A DNA stretch of 64,000 bases from Polyangiaceae bacterium. GTDB taxonomy: Bacteria; Myxococcota_A; Polyangia; Polyangiales; Polyangiaceae. The stretch is from the NCBI GenBank assembly GCA_035063585.1, contig JAPSGB010000001.1:96001-160000 (forward strand), read 5' to 3'. The notes beneath the pieces are model-generated. The model had not been told where the DNA came from and did no database searches. It saw only the letters and a list, made by a program, of their open reading frames with translations. Positions 45,409-53,710 of the stretch are shown here, in pieces. Both the position numbers and the translations under genes were made by a program. The first letter of the stretch is position 1. Each line of letters opens with the position of its first letter.

Positions 45409-46880
45409 GCCGGCTCGCCCGGCTCGCTCGACGGCGTGGGCTCGCCCGGCTCGCTCGACGGCGTGGGCTCGCCCGGCTCGCTCGACGGCGTGGGCTCGCC
45501 CGCGGTGGCGCGCGGCTTCCGGCGCTTCCGCTTCGCCTTCGGGCGGGGCGCGTCTTCTTCTGCGCGCTCGGGCTCGTCCGCGCGCTCGGGCTCGTCCGCG
45601 CGCTCGGGCTCCTCGGCGCGCTCGAGCTCCGCGTCTTCGAGGCCGAGGCTCATCGCCTCCGCGGGCTCTGCCTCGGCGCGGCGCGACGACCAGCTCCAGG
45701 CGAAGGCGACGCCGACCGCGCTCATGAGCCCGATCCACTGGGAGGTCGAGAGCTGAATCATGACCTCGGGCGCAAACTGCCCCGGCTTGAGCCAGAGATA
45801 CGCGACGAGCGCGGGGACCAGCGAGAGCGCCTGGGCGCCGCGGCGCACCGTGGCGTTCGCGAGTGAGCGCGACGGCCCGAAGATGAACGCCGCCGCGAAG
45901 GCGAGGAGCGCGAGCGCGATGAAGGCCTGTTCGGCGAGGAACGGACCGAACTCGCCGCGCTCGAGGTCGTCGCGGATGATCTCGAGCAGGAATCGGAGCA
46001 GGCCGTACGCGAAGGTGAAGGCGTAGAACACCTCGCCGCGGAACTTCTGACGCTTCCGCACCGCGAACACGAGCCCGAGGAGCGCGACCCCGACCAGCGA
46101 CTCGTAGAGCTGGGTCGGGTGCACCGGCAGGGACGCGACCGCGTCCTCGGCGAGACCGCGGTGGTTCACGTGCTGAATCCATGCGGGAGAGCCCGTGCTG
46201 CCCGGGATGGTCCCCTCCGCCCAGTGCGGGAAGGTGCCGAGCTGCTTGAGCCAACCGGGCGCACCGTCGGACAGCGGCCTGCCGAAATCGCAGCCGAACA
46301 GGTAGCAGCCGACGCGCGTGATCGCGAGGCCCGCCGCGAGGCTCGGCACCGCGACGTCCGCCCAGGGCAGGAGCCGGAGTCGGTGCGCGCGCAAGTAGAG
46401 GTACGACGCGGCAAAACCGCCGAGGAAGCCACCGTAGGCGACCATCCCGCCGCGGCGGATGTTGACCCAATCCGCGAGCGAGACGAACTCGTCGAGGTTG
46501 GTCGCGACGTAGAGGAGCCGTGCCGCGACGAGCGCGCCGACCGCGGTGATGAAGTAGCAATTGGCCATCGTCTCGCGGGGCAGCCCATCTTTCGCCGCGA
46601 GCCCGAGCGTCAAGTACCAGCCGACCACGAGCGACAGGCACAGCATCGCGCCGTAGCTATAGATGGGGAGCGCGCCGAGCGTGTAGGTCTGCCCACGCAT
46701 CTTGAACGCTGCGACCGCGCAGCCGAGGGCGAGCGCGCCGCCGATGACGAGCAGATCCATCGCCTTCTTCCGCCAGCCGAAGAGCGCGATGATCGCGCCG
46801 AGCGCGGCCGCGGCGAGCAGCGCGCCGAAGAGCGGGACGTTCCACGCCGGCAGCGGGATCTTGAAGAGGATCGGGTGCAT
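45405..46880 (-). CDS. lgt: Prolipoprotein diacylglyceryl transferase with insertions and a repetitive C-terminal tail
   Basis: MHPILF, YSYG, GGM..YGG, RVGC...GCDFG, HPTQLYE, RFLLE..R.D, STSQW. Confidence 0.93.
   Translation of the reverse strand: MHPILFKIPLPAWNVPLFGALLAAAALGAIIALFGWRKKAMDLLVIGGALALGCAVAAFKMRGQTYTLGALPIYSYGAMLCLSLVVGWYLTLGLAAKDGLPRETMANCYFITAVGALVAARLLYVATNLDEFVSLADWVNIRRGGMVAYGGFLGGFAASYLYLRAHRLRLLPWADVAVPSLAAGLAITRVGCYLFGCDFGRPLSDGAPGWLKQLGTFPHWAEGTIPGSTGSPAWIQHVNHRGLAEDAVASLPVHPTQLYESLVGVALLGLVFAVRKRQKFRGEVFYAFTFAYGLLRFLLEIIRDDLERGEFGPFLAEQAFIALALLAFAAAFIFGPSRSLANATVRRGAQALSLVPALVAYLWLKPGQFAPEVMIQLSTSQWIGLMSAVGVAFAWSWSSRRAEAEPAEAMSLGLEDAELERAEEPERADEPERADEPERAEEDAPRPKAKRKRRKPRATAGEPTPSSEPGEPTPSSEPGEPTPSSEPGEPA
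45412..45501. repeat. 27-bp coding tandem repeat, about 3.3 copies (EPTPSSEPG)
   Basis: ggctcgcccggctcgctcgacggcgtg repeated exactly. Confidence 0.92.
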
Positions 46881-46969
46881 CGCTCGCCCTCCTTACCTGC
46901 GAAACCACGTCGCGACCAGCGGCGCGCGTGAGCGGGCTCCGCGAGCAGATGCGGCTGTGCTAGCCTCGC

Positions 46970-47788
46970 GTGGTGCCGCGCTTGACCGCCTCACTGGCCC
47001 TGGTCGCGTGCTCGGCGGTCGCGTGCGTGCCGAACCCCGATCCACCGCCCGGTGGCGGGGCCGCCGGCTCGGCGCGGCCGGCGGCGCGCTCCGGCTCATC
47101 CTCACGCGAGCGGACGCCCATGCTCCAGGGCGAGCGCGCCGGGCGCCCGACGGCCCCGCCGTCGGCCGTGGCGAGCGCAGCGGCCGACCCGCTGCTCACG
47201 ACGCCGTTCACCGACTCCTTCGACCGCACGAGCCCCGGGGATGACTGGCGGCTCACCTCCGCGGTGTGGAGGATCGAGAACGGCAGGCTCTGCGGGCGGA
47301 GCGCGCGCAACCACGGCGCCTGGCTGCGGCGGCGGCTGCCGGTGAACGCGCGCATCGAATTCGACGCCTACTCGTCCTCGACGGACGGGGATCTCAAGGC
47401 GGAGAGCTGGGGAGACGGCGCGAGCACCGCGACCGGAACGTCGTACACCAACGCCACCAGCTACCTCACCATCTTCGGCGGCTGGAAGAATCGCTTCCAC
47501 GTGCTCGCGCGGATCGACGAGCACGCCCCCGATCGACGGCAGATCGAGCTCACGGCGGACAGCCCCGAGCTTCGCGCGCGCCCGGTGAAGCCGGGGGTCG
47601 GCTACCACTTCAAGATCGAGCGCACCGACGGGAAGACGGTCCGATGGTCGGTCGATGACATCGAGCTCCTCGACTATCCGGACCCGGAGCCGCTGAAGGG
47701 CCCGGGTCACGAACACTTCGGGTTCAACGACTGGGAGGTCCCGGTCTGCTTCGACAACCTCCAGGTCACGCCGCACCCCGGAGCCTGA
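46970..47788 (+). CDS. Hypothetical lipoprotein, probable ConA-like beta-sandwich
   Basis: Lipobox AVAC; FTDSFDR...W...G.L start and FDNLQV end. Confidence 0.7.
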   Translation: MVPRLTASLALVACSAVACVPNPDPPPGGGAAGSARPAARSGSSSRERTPMLQGERAGRPTAPPSAVASAAADPLLTTPFTDSFDRTSPGDDWRLTSAVWRIENGRLCGRSARNHGAWLRRRLPVNARIEFDAYSSSTDGDLKAESWGDGASTATGTSYTNATSYLTIFGGWKNRFHVLARIDEHAPDRRQIELTADSPELRARPVKPGVGYHFKIERTDGKTVRWSVDDIELLDYPDPEPLKGPGHEHFGFNDWEVPVCFDNLQVTPHPGA

Positions 47789-47795
47789 GCCTGAC

Positions 47796-48971
47796 GTGAA
47801 CGCGGAAGAGTTGGATGTCGCCCTCGAAGAGCTCGAGAGCCGGGTGGAGCGACTGCGCGCGCTCTACGAGCAGTACTTCCTCGGCATCGAGAAGATCGAG
47901 CCCACGGTCGCGCGAAAAGACGTCGATCGACGCATCTGGCTGCTCCGGCGAGAGCAAATCCGGAACACCGGCAAGCGCTTCAAGCTGCAGACCATCATCC
48001 AGCGCTACAACACGTTCCAGCAATATTGGGGGCGGATCTGCCGTGAGATCGAGAACGGGACCTACAAGCGCCATCTCCTGAAGGCCGAGCGCACGCAGGG
48101 CGAGGTCGAGCTGCTCACCATCGCGGCGCGCAAGCGGCTCGGGCGGCAACGGCGGGCCGCCGCGGAGGACGACGCAGTCCCGCCTGCCGAGCCAGCGCCG
48201 CCGCAGCCGGCCGCGGCGCCGAGCGCGAGCGCCGCGAGCCCGCTCGAGGCGGCCAAGCGCGCGGTCGACTCCGTGCTCGGCCGCTCGTTGGTCCCCACCC
48301 GGTCGACGACGGCCCCCGCTTCGCCCGCGGCCGGCGCGACGGCGAAGGCCCAGGCGGCCTCGACCGCGTCGCTCTCGGCCCGGACCGACGCGCCCTCGCC
48401 GGCGCCGAACCAACCGCCGGCGCGAGCGCTCGGCCGGCTGGACCTCGAGATGGACTTCCTCGACGGGCCTGCCCCGGCGCCGCGCACGACGGGGCCGAAG
48501 CCCGCGGTCCCGGGTTCGAGCCTGCCGAAGCCCGCAGTCCCGAGCGCAGGCGCGCCGAGGCCAGCAGTCCCGAGCGCAGGCGCGCCGAGGCCAGCAGTCC
48601 CGAGCGCAGGCGCGCCGAGGCCAGCAGTCCCGAGCGCAGGCGCGCCGAGGCCTGCCCCGCCAGCGTCGCCGGACGCCGGCCCGCGGGCCCCGCAGCCTGC
48701 GCCGCGGCCGACCGCGCCCAAGCCCCCGCCGCCGGCGAGGCCGAGTCCGCCCGCCGGGAGGGCTGGCGAGACTCGCGTGCAGCAACTCCACGCTCGGTTG
48801 CTGGAGGCCAAGCGGCAGACCAACGATCAACAGCAGGTGTCCGTCGACGGCCTGCGAAAGAGCCTGGCGGCCGCGGAGGAGCGACTCCGCAAGCAGCACG
48901 GGGATCGCAAGATCGACTTCGACGTCGTGATCAAGGACGGCAAGGCCGTCGTGAAGCCGATCCTTCGCTGA
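47796..48971 (+). CDS. MXAN_5187 C-terminal domain-type protein
   Basis: LR.LYEQYFLGIEK N-terminus, Pro-rich linker, FDVVIKDGKAVVKP C-terminus. Confidence 0.8.
   Translation: MNAEELDVALEELESRVERLRALYEQYFLGIEKIEPTVARKDVDRRIWLLRREQIRNTGKRFKLQTIIQRYNTFQQYWGRICREIENGTYKRHLLKAERTQGEVELLTIAARKRLGRQRRAAAEDDAVPPAEPAPPQPAAAPSASAASPLEAAKRAVDSVLGRSLVPTRSTTAPASPAAGATAKAQAASTASLSARTDAPSPAPNQPPARALGRLDLEMDFLDGPAPAPRTTGPKPAVPGSSLPKPAVPSAGAPRPAVPSAGAPRPAVPSAGAPRPAVPSAGAPRPAPPASPDAGPRAPQPAPRPTAPKPPPPARPSPPAGRAGETRVQQLHARLLEAKRQTNDQQQVSVDGLRKSLAAAEERLRKQHGDRKIDFDVVIKDGKAVVKPILR
48534..48652. repeat. 30-bp coding tandem repeat, 4 copies (PAVPSAGAPR)
   Basis: gcagtcccgagcgcaggcgcgccgaggcca units. Confidence 0.92.
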
Positions 48972-48980
48972 GCGCCGCGG

Positions 48981-49253
48981 CTATCGGGCCCCGACCCGCT
49001 CCGCGACGGTGGTCCCGCGCGCCCCTGGCGACTCGACCAGCACCTCGTCCTCGCAGAAGAGGATCGAACAGGACGACCGCCCGGCCTCCCGCATCCGCGC
49101 GCAGAGCTCAGCCAGATCCTCGTCGCTGTCCACGACGTCCCCCTCGATCGGCTGGAGGGTCGACTGGTCGAGGCGGCAGTTGTCGAGCGCTACCCAAAGC
49201 CCCTTGAACTCGCGCGACCGGCAGAGCTCGGGCCAGGTCATTCGGGTCTTCAT
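48981..49253 (-). CDS. Small hypothetical protein (DUF5678-like)
   Basis: F.G.WVAL...VVDSD.DL..L motif; ATG start. Confidence 0.7.
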   Translation of the reverse strand: MKTRMTWPELCRSREFKGLWVALDNCRLDQSTLQPIEGDVVDSDEDLAELCARMREAGRSSCSILFCEDEVLVESPGARGTTVAERVGAR

Positions 49254-49477
49254 TGCGGCGTCGTTACCTTTGGCGAAGGGGCTGTTCCCACGGTCAATCC
49301 CCCGTCGAAACGTCTAAGCGCACGAGCCAAGCCACGGCCTTCGGGCAGGATCTAGACGCACCTTTCGCAGAGCGTCAAGTCCGCGGTGTGGCAAAATGTA
49401 TACAGTAGCTGCCAAGCCCGCGCAGCGGCTGGGTTTTCGATGAGTTCATCGGCGACCTCGCGAACGAACGCGCAGGC

Positions 49478-51247
49478 TCACTTACAAGAAGCCACCGCCG
49501 AATTGAGCGCGCCGCTGCCCGCGCCCATGCCGTTCGCGGCCGCGGCGATCGCCTTCGCCTGCGCGCAGTTGCCGTTCAGGGCCGCCGCTCGCGCCGCAGC
49601 CGGCGCCTGGCTGCGCGCGGCCGAGACGCAGGCGGCCTTCTGGCCGGCGTCGGAGCAGTTCCGGTAGCTCGCGGCGGCGCCGGCGATGTTGCCGCCCCGC
49701 GCGGCAGACACGCACTGGGCGCACGCGGCCGCGCCGCCTGCGGGCGGCTTGGACGTCGCGGTCGCGGTAGCCGGGGGCTTGGTGACGGTCGGCTGCGGCT
49801 TCACGACCACGGTGGTCGCACCGGCGTCGGTCGCCGGCGGGGTCGCGGTCGCGGTCGGCTCGGGCGGGGTCGTGGTGTCGACCTGCGGCGTGATGGTGGT
49901 CGTCCCCGCCGAGTTGCTGCCGAACGGGCTGGTGAGCGGAACGTCCTCGTCCGGCTTCGAGCCGCGTGTAAAGACGATGATCATCGCCACGAGCAGGACC
50001 GCGCCGACCCCTGCCAGCGCGAAGATGAGCCCCTTGCCGCCACCGCCGCCACGAGCCGCCTGGGGCGGCGGGGGAACATTGGCGACCGCCATCGGCGGAC
50101 CGGCCATCATGGCGGGGCCGCCCATCATCGGTGCGGCCATGGGCGCCGCCATCGGCTGCGCGGCCGGACCGCCAAAGGACGGCGCGGCCGGACCGCCAAA
50201 GGACGGCGCGGCCGGCATCGCGGCGGTGGCGCTCGAGCCCATCGCGACGGCCGCCTGAGCGGAGAGCGGCTGCTCATCGACCACCGTGATGCCGCCCCCG
50301 CCCGAGAGCTCTTCGAAGAAGGCGCGCGCCGACCCCTGGCGCTGGTCGCGATCCTTCGAGAGGGCCCGCATGATGGCCGAGCGCATGTTCGCCGGCACCT
50401 GGCTGCTCGTGGCGGTGGCCTCGAAGGGGCGCGGCTGAGCGGTCATGTGCTGGGTCGCCCACTGCCACGGGGTGTCCGCCTCGAAGGGCAGCTGCGCCGT
50501 GAGCATCTCGTAGGCCATGACTCCGAGCGAGTAGATGTCGCTCCGCATGTCGAGCGCCTTGCCCGTGAACTGCTCGGGGCTCATGTAAGGGGGCGTCCCG
50601 AGCACCATGCCCTGCTGGGTGAGCTTCGCCTCCTTCTGCGCGTCTGCCGACTCGCTGCGCGCGGCGATGCCGAAATCGAGGACCTTCACGAAGTCCTTCT
50701 CGCCGGCGCGCTCGGTGAGCACGATGTTCTCCGGCTTGAGATCGCGGTGGATGATGCCCTGCTTGTGGGCCTCGTCGAGCGCGCCGCAGACCTGGCGCAT
50801 GATCTTGAGCATGCGGTCCGGCGCCATGGGACCGCCCTTCTCGATGGCGTTCATGAGGGACTCGCCCTTCACGAACTCCATGGCGATGTAGAGGGTGCCG
50901 TCCGAGGTCGAGCCGAAATCGAAGAATTTGATCGTGTTCGGATGCTCGAGCTGCGCGACCGTGCCGCACTCTCGGTTGAACCGCTCCCGGACCGACGGAT
51001 CCTTCGACAGGTGCGCATGCAAGGTCTTCACGGCGACCTTGCGGAGCGTCGAGCCCATCTGCTGCTCGGCGCCGTACACGATCCCCATGCCGCCCTCGCC
51101 GAGCACATCCGTGATGCGATACCGGCCGCCGATCACCTGCCCGACGAGCGGATCTTCTCCCTTCGACTCCACCGGGAGCAGCGCCCCGCACCCCGCGCAA
51201 AAGCGCGCCCCGTCGATATTTTCGGTCCCGCACGCCTCGCACTTCAT
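49478..51247 (-). CDS. Membrane Ser/Thr protein kinase with an N-terminal zinc ribbon
   Basis: CxxC...CxxC; GEGGMG, VAVK, HRDLKPEN, DFG, GTPPYMSPE; TM helix; Cys-paired C-terminus. Confidence 0.96.
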   Translation of the reverse strand: MKCEACGTENIDGARFCAGCGALLPVESKGEDPLVGQVIGGRYRITDVLGEGGMGIVYGAEQQMGSTLRKVAVKTLHAHLSKDPSVRERFNRECGTVAQLEHPNTIKFFDFGSTSDGTLYIAMEFVKGESLMNAIEKGGPMAPDRMLKIMRQVCGALDEAHKQGIIHRDLKPENIVLTERAGEKDFVKVLDFGIAARSESADAQKEAKLTQQGMVLGTPPYMSPEQFTGKALDMRSDIYSLGVMAYEMLTAQLPFEADTPWQWATQHMTAQPRPFEATATSSQVPANMRSAIMRALSKDRDQRQGSARAFFEELSGGGGITVVDEQPLSAQAAVAMGSSATAAMPAAPSFGGPAAPSFGGPAAQPMAAPMAAPMMGGPAMMAGPPMAVANVPPPPQAARGGGGGKGLIFALAGVGAVLLVAMIIVFTRGSKPDEDVPLTSPFGSNSAGTTTITPQVDTTTPPEPTATATPPATDAGATTVVVKPQPTVTKPPATATATSKPPAGGAAACAQCVSAARGGNIAGAAASYRNCSDAGQKAACVSAARSQAPAAARAAALNGNCAQAKAIAAAANGMGAGSGALNSAVASCK

Positions 51248-51321
51248 GATGGCCGCCTAGCGTCGCACGAAGGAGCCCCGTGGCGCCACTCCGCGACGCG
51301 ATCGGGCGCGATCGGCGGGCC

Positions 51322-51948
51322 TCAGGAGCCGGCGTCGACCGCGCCGAGCGGCGCGTCGGGGGGCCACGCCAGCGGCTCGACCGCGCCCGTCGCGCGATCC
51401 ACCAAGACCGCGCGCGTCGCCCGCGGGCTCGCCGGGACCAGCACGGTGACCTCCGCCACCGCCCCCGCGGCGAGGCTCACGGGCTCGTCGAGCGGCCGGC
51501 GCTTCCCCACCGGCGGCGCATCCGCGCCGGTGGCTGGAAATTCGAGGCGCACCCGATCGACGAGCTCGCGTCCAATCCAGAGCTCGATGGCGTATCTCCC
51601 CATGCGGCGCGCCGTCACCACCGGCCGCGGGTAGCGGAGCGCTCGCACCTCGACCACCATCACCCGGCCCCGCTCGTAGCGCAGCCGATACTCCCACTGG
51701 CGTTCGAGCGCGAGCGGCTCCGGGTCGGGCGGCGAGGCCGCTGACCGCTCGCTCGTCGCGCCGCTCTCCGCGCCACCATCGACGGGCGAGGCGAGCTCGG
51801 GGGCGTCCTCTCCGGAACCCTCGGCGATGCGAGCGGGGAGCGTGAGCCCCGGCGCGGTCTCGCTCGGACCCGACAGGCGCGCCGACGAGCAAGCCGCCGC
51901 GAGCGCGAGACCGGCGAGCGCCGGAGCGAGCCTGGGCGAGCGCGTCAT
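51322..51948 (-). CDS. Hypothetical lipoprotein
   Basis: MTRSPR...LAAAC lipobox. Confidence 0.65.
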   Translation of the reverse strand: MTRSPRLAPALAGLALAAACSSARLSGPSETAPGLTLPARIAEGSGEDAPELASPVDGGAESGATSERSAASPPDPEPLALERQWEYRLRYERGRVMVVEVRALRYPRPVVTARRMGRYAIELWIGRELVDRVRLEFPATGADAPPVGKRRPLDEPVSLAAGAVAEVTVLVPASPRATRAVLVDRATGAVEPLAWPPDAPLGAVDAGS

Positions 51949-52179
51949 CGCGCGACCGTACCGCAAGCGCGACTGCGGGCAGGAGTAATCGATGCCGGTC
52001 CGTCGCGGCCGGCGGCGCGACTGCGAGGGCGCCGCGGTTTTTTCGCATGATTGTTGGTCAAGAGCGCGCGCTCGCGCTCGACGAACGCGCTCCGCATGGT
52101 TAGGGTGCGCGCGAATATCTTGGCGCCGGTCCGTCGATGCTTCGCGGAGCCGCGCTTGCCCGAAGATCAAGGAGCGACC

Positions 52180-52785
52180 ATGAGTCGATACGTTGGACCA
52201 CGCTTGAAGAAGATGCGCGCGCTCGGGGTCGACCTCCCCGGGCTCTCCCCGAAGACGATCGAGCGACGGCCGTACCCGCCCGGTCAGCACGGTCAGGGGC
52301 GGAGGAAGATCAGCGAGTACGGGCTTCGGCTCCGCGAGAAGCAGAAGGTCCGCTACGGCTACGGAGTGACCGAGCGGCAGCTCCGCCGCCTAGTGAAGGA
52401 GGCCAAGGTGAGCAAGGAGGCCACCGGCGACAAGCTCGTCGAGCTGCTCGAGAGGCGCCTCGACAACACCGTGTTCCGGGCCGGCTTCGCCCGCACCATC
52501 CCGGGCGCGCGGCAGCTCATCAACCACGGACACGTGCTCGTGAACGGAGCGCGGGTGGACATCGCCTCCTATCGGGTCTCGGTGGGCGAGGTGATCCGCG
52601 TGAAACGGGACGCTTCGAGCGGGGCGCCGGGCGCGAGCCCCGCCGCGGCGCGCCCCGAGACGCCCTGGCTCGCGGTCGAGCCGGAGTCGGCGAGCGCGAC
52701 CGTCGCGGGGCTGCCCGAGCGCGGCGCCGCGCCGTTTCAGCTCCAGCCGCAGCTGGTCGTCGAGTACTACGCGCAGCGGCTCTGA
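52180..52785 (+). CDS. rpsD: 30S ribosomal protein S4, stand-alone Cys-free form
   Basis: AAGGAG SD; MSRYVGP, PPGQHG, SEYG.RLREKQK, LERRLDN, ARQLINHGH, VVEYY. Confidence 0.96.
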   Translation: MSRYVGPRLKKMRALGVDLPGLSPKTIERRPYPPGQHGQGRRKISEYGLRLREKQKVRYGYGVTERQLRRLVKEAKVSKEATGDKLVELLERRLDNTVFRAGFARTIPGARQLINHGHVLVNGARVDIASYRVSVGEVIRVKRDASSGAPGASPAAARPETPWLAVEPESASATVAGLPERGAAPFQLQPQLVVEYYAQRL

Positions 52786-52801
52786 CGCGCGCCGCGCGGG
52801 C

Positions 52802-53710
52802 TCAGCCGCGCGCGAGCGGGGCGAGCGCGCGCACGAGCGCCGCGGGCTCGCCCGAGAGCGCGCTCCACAGCGCCGCGAGCTCGCGCGGCGCGGGCGCCTC
52901 GAATCGCAGCGCTCGTCCGTCGAGCTCGAGCGCGACCCACGCCGCGTGGAGCGCGACGCGAGCGATCGCGGCGACGCTGCCGCTCGCGCCGGTGATCCGC
53001 GCCAGCCCACCGTGCGCGCGATCGCCGAGCAGCGGCGCGCCCGCTCCGGCCGCGTGGAGCCGGATCTGGTGGGTGCGCCCCGAGGCGGGCTCGACCGCGA
53101 GGAGCGCGCTCGGCGGCGCGGCGGGCGCAACGCCCGCGCCGCGCGCGACGAGCGCGTAGCGCGTCCGGGCGGCGCGCCCACCGAGCGGCGCGTCCCACGC
53201 GCCGGCAGGCGGCGCGGGCGCCGCCTGAGCGATGGCCACGTAGTGACGAGCGAGCGCGCCCGCGTCGTGCGCCGCGCGCACCGCGCGCCGCGCCTGCGCG
53301 GTGCGCGCGAAGAGCACCACACCGCTCACGCCGACGTCGAGGCGCGAGCAGGCATGCAGCCGCTCTTCGGCGATCCCGAGCTTACTCGCGACCGCCTGCC
53401 GCACGCTCGCGCGCCCAGCGCGATCCGGCTCGGTCGGCAGCGCGGGCGGCTTGTACGCCGCGACCAGGCCGCCAGCTTCGCCGAGCAGCGTCACCGTGCC
53501 CTCCGGCGCGCTCCGCGCGGCCGCGGCCTCGACCACGGTGCCCGCGGTGAGCGCGAGCGCGGCTGCGGAGAGCGAGGCGCGACGGCCCGCCACGAACACT
53601 CGGCCCTCGGCGAGCGCCGCCGGGAGCTCCTCTCCCAGCTCGGCGAGGAGCGCGGCGAGCGATGCGCCGTCGGGCGCGACCCAGCGTCGCAGCCGCGAAC
53701 GCGCGCTCAT
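52802..53710 (-). CDS. RluA-family pseudouridine synthase
   Basis: KP, SRLDVGVSG catalytic Asp, GRTHQIRLH, LGDR.HG, LHA. Confidence 0.9.
   Translation of the reverse strand: MSARSRLRRWVAPDGASLAALLAELGEELPAALAEGRVFVAGRRASLSAAALALTAGTVVEAAAARSAPEGTVTLLGEAGGLVAAYKPPALPTEPDRAGRASVRQAVASKLGIAEERLHACSRLDVGVSGVVLFARTAQARRAVRAAHDAGALARHYVAIAQAAPAPPAGAWDAPLGGRAARTRYALVARGAGVAPAAPPSALLAVEPASGRTHQIRLHAAGAGAPLLGDRAHGGLARITGASGSVAAIARVALHAAWVALELDGRALRFEAPAPRELAALWSALSGEPAALVRALAPLARG

Noticed and set aside
48534..48652. 30-bp and other tandem repeats as a CRISPR array
   Set aside because: No unique spacers, all in frame within coding sequence, and no cas genes
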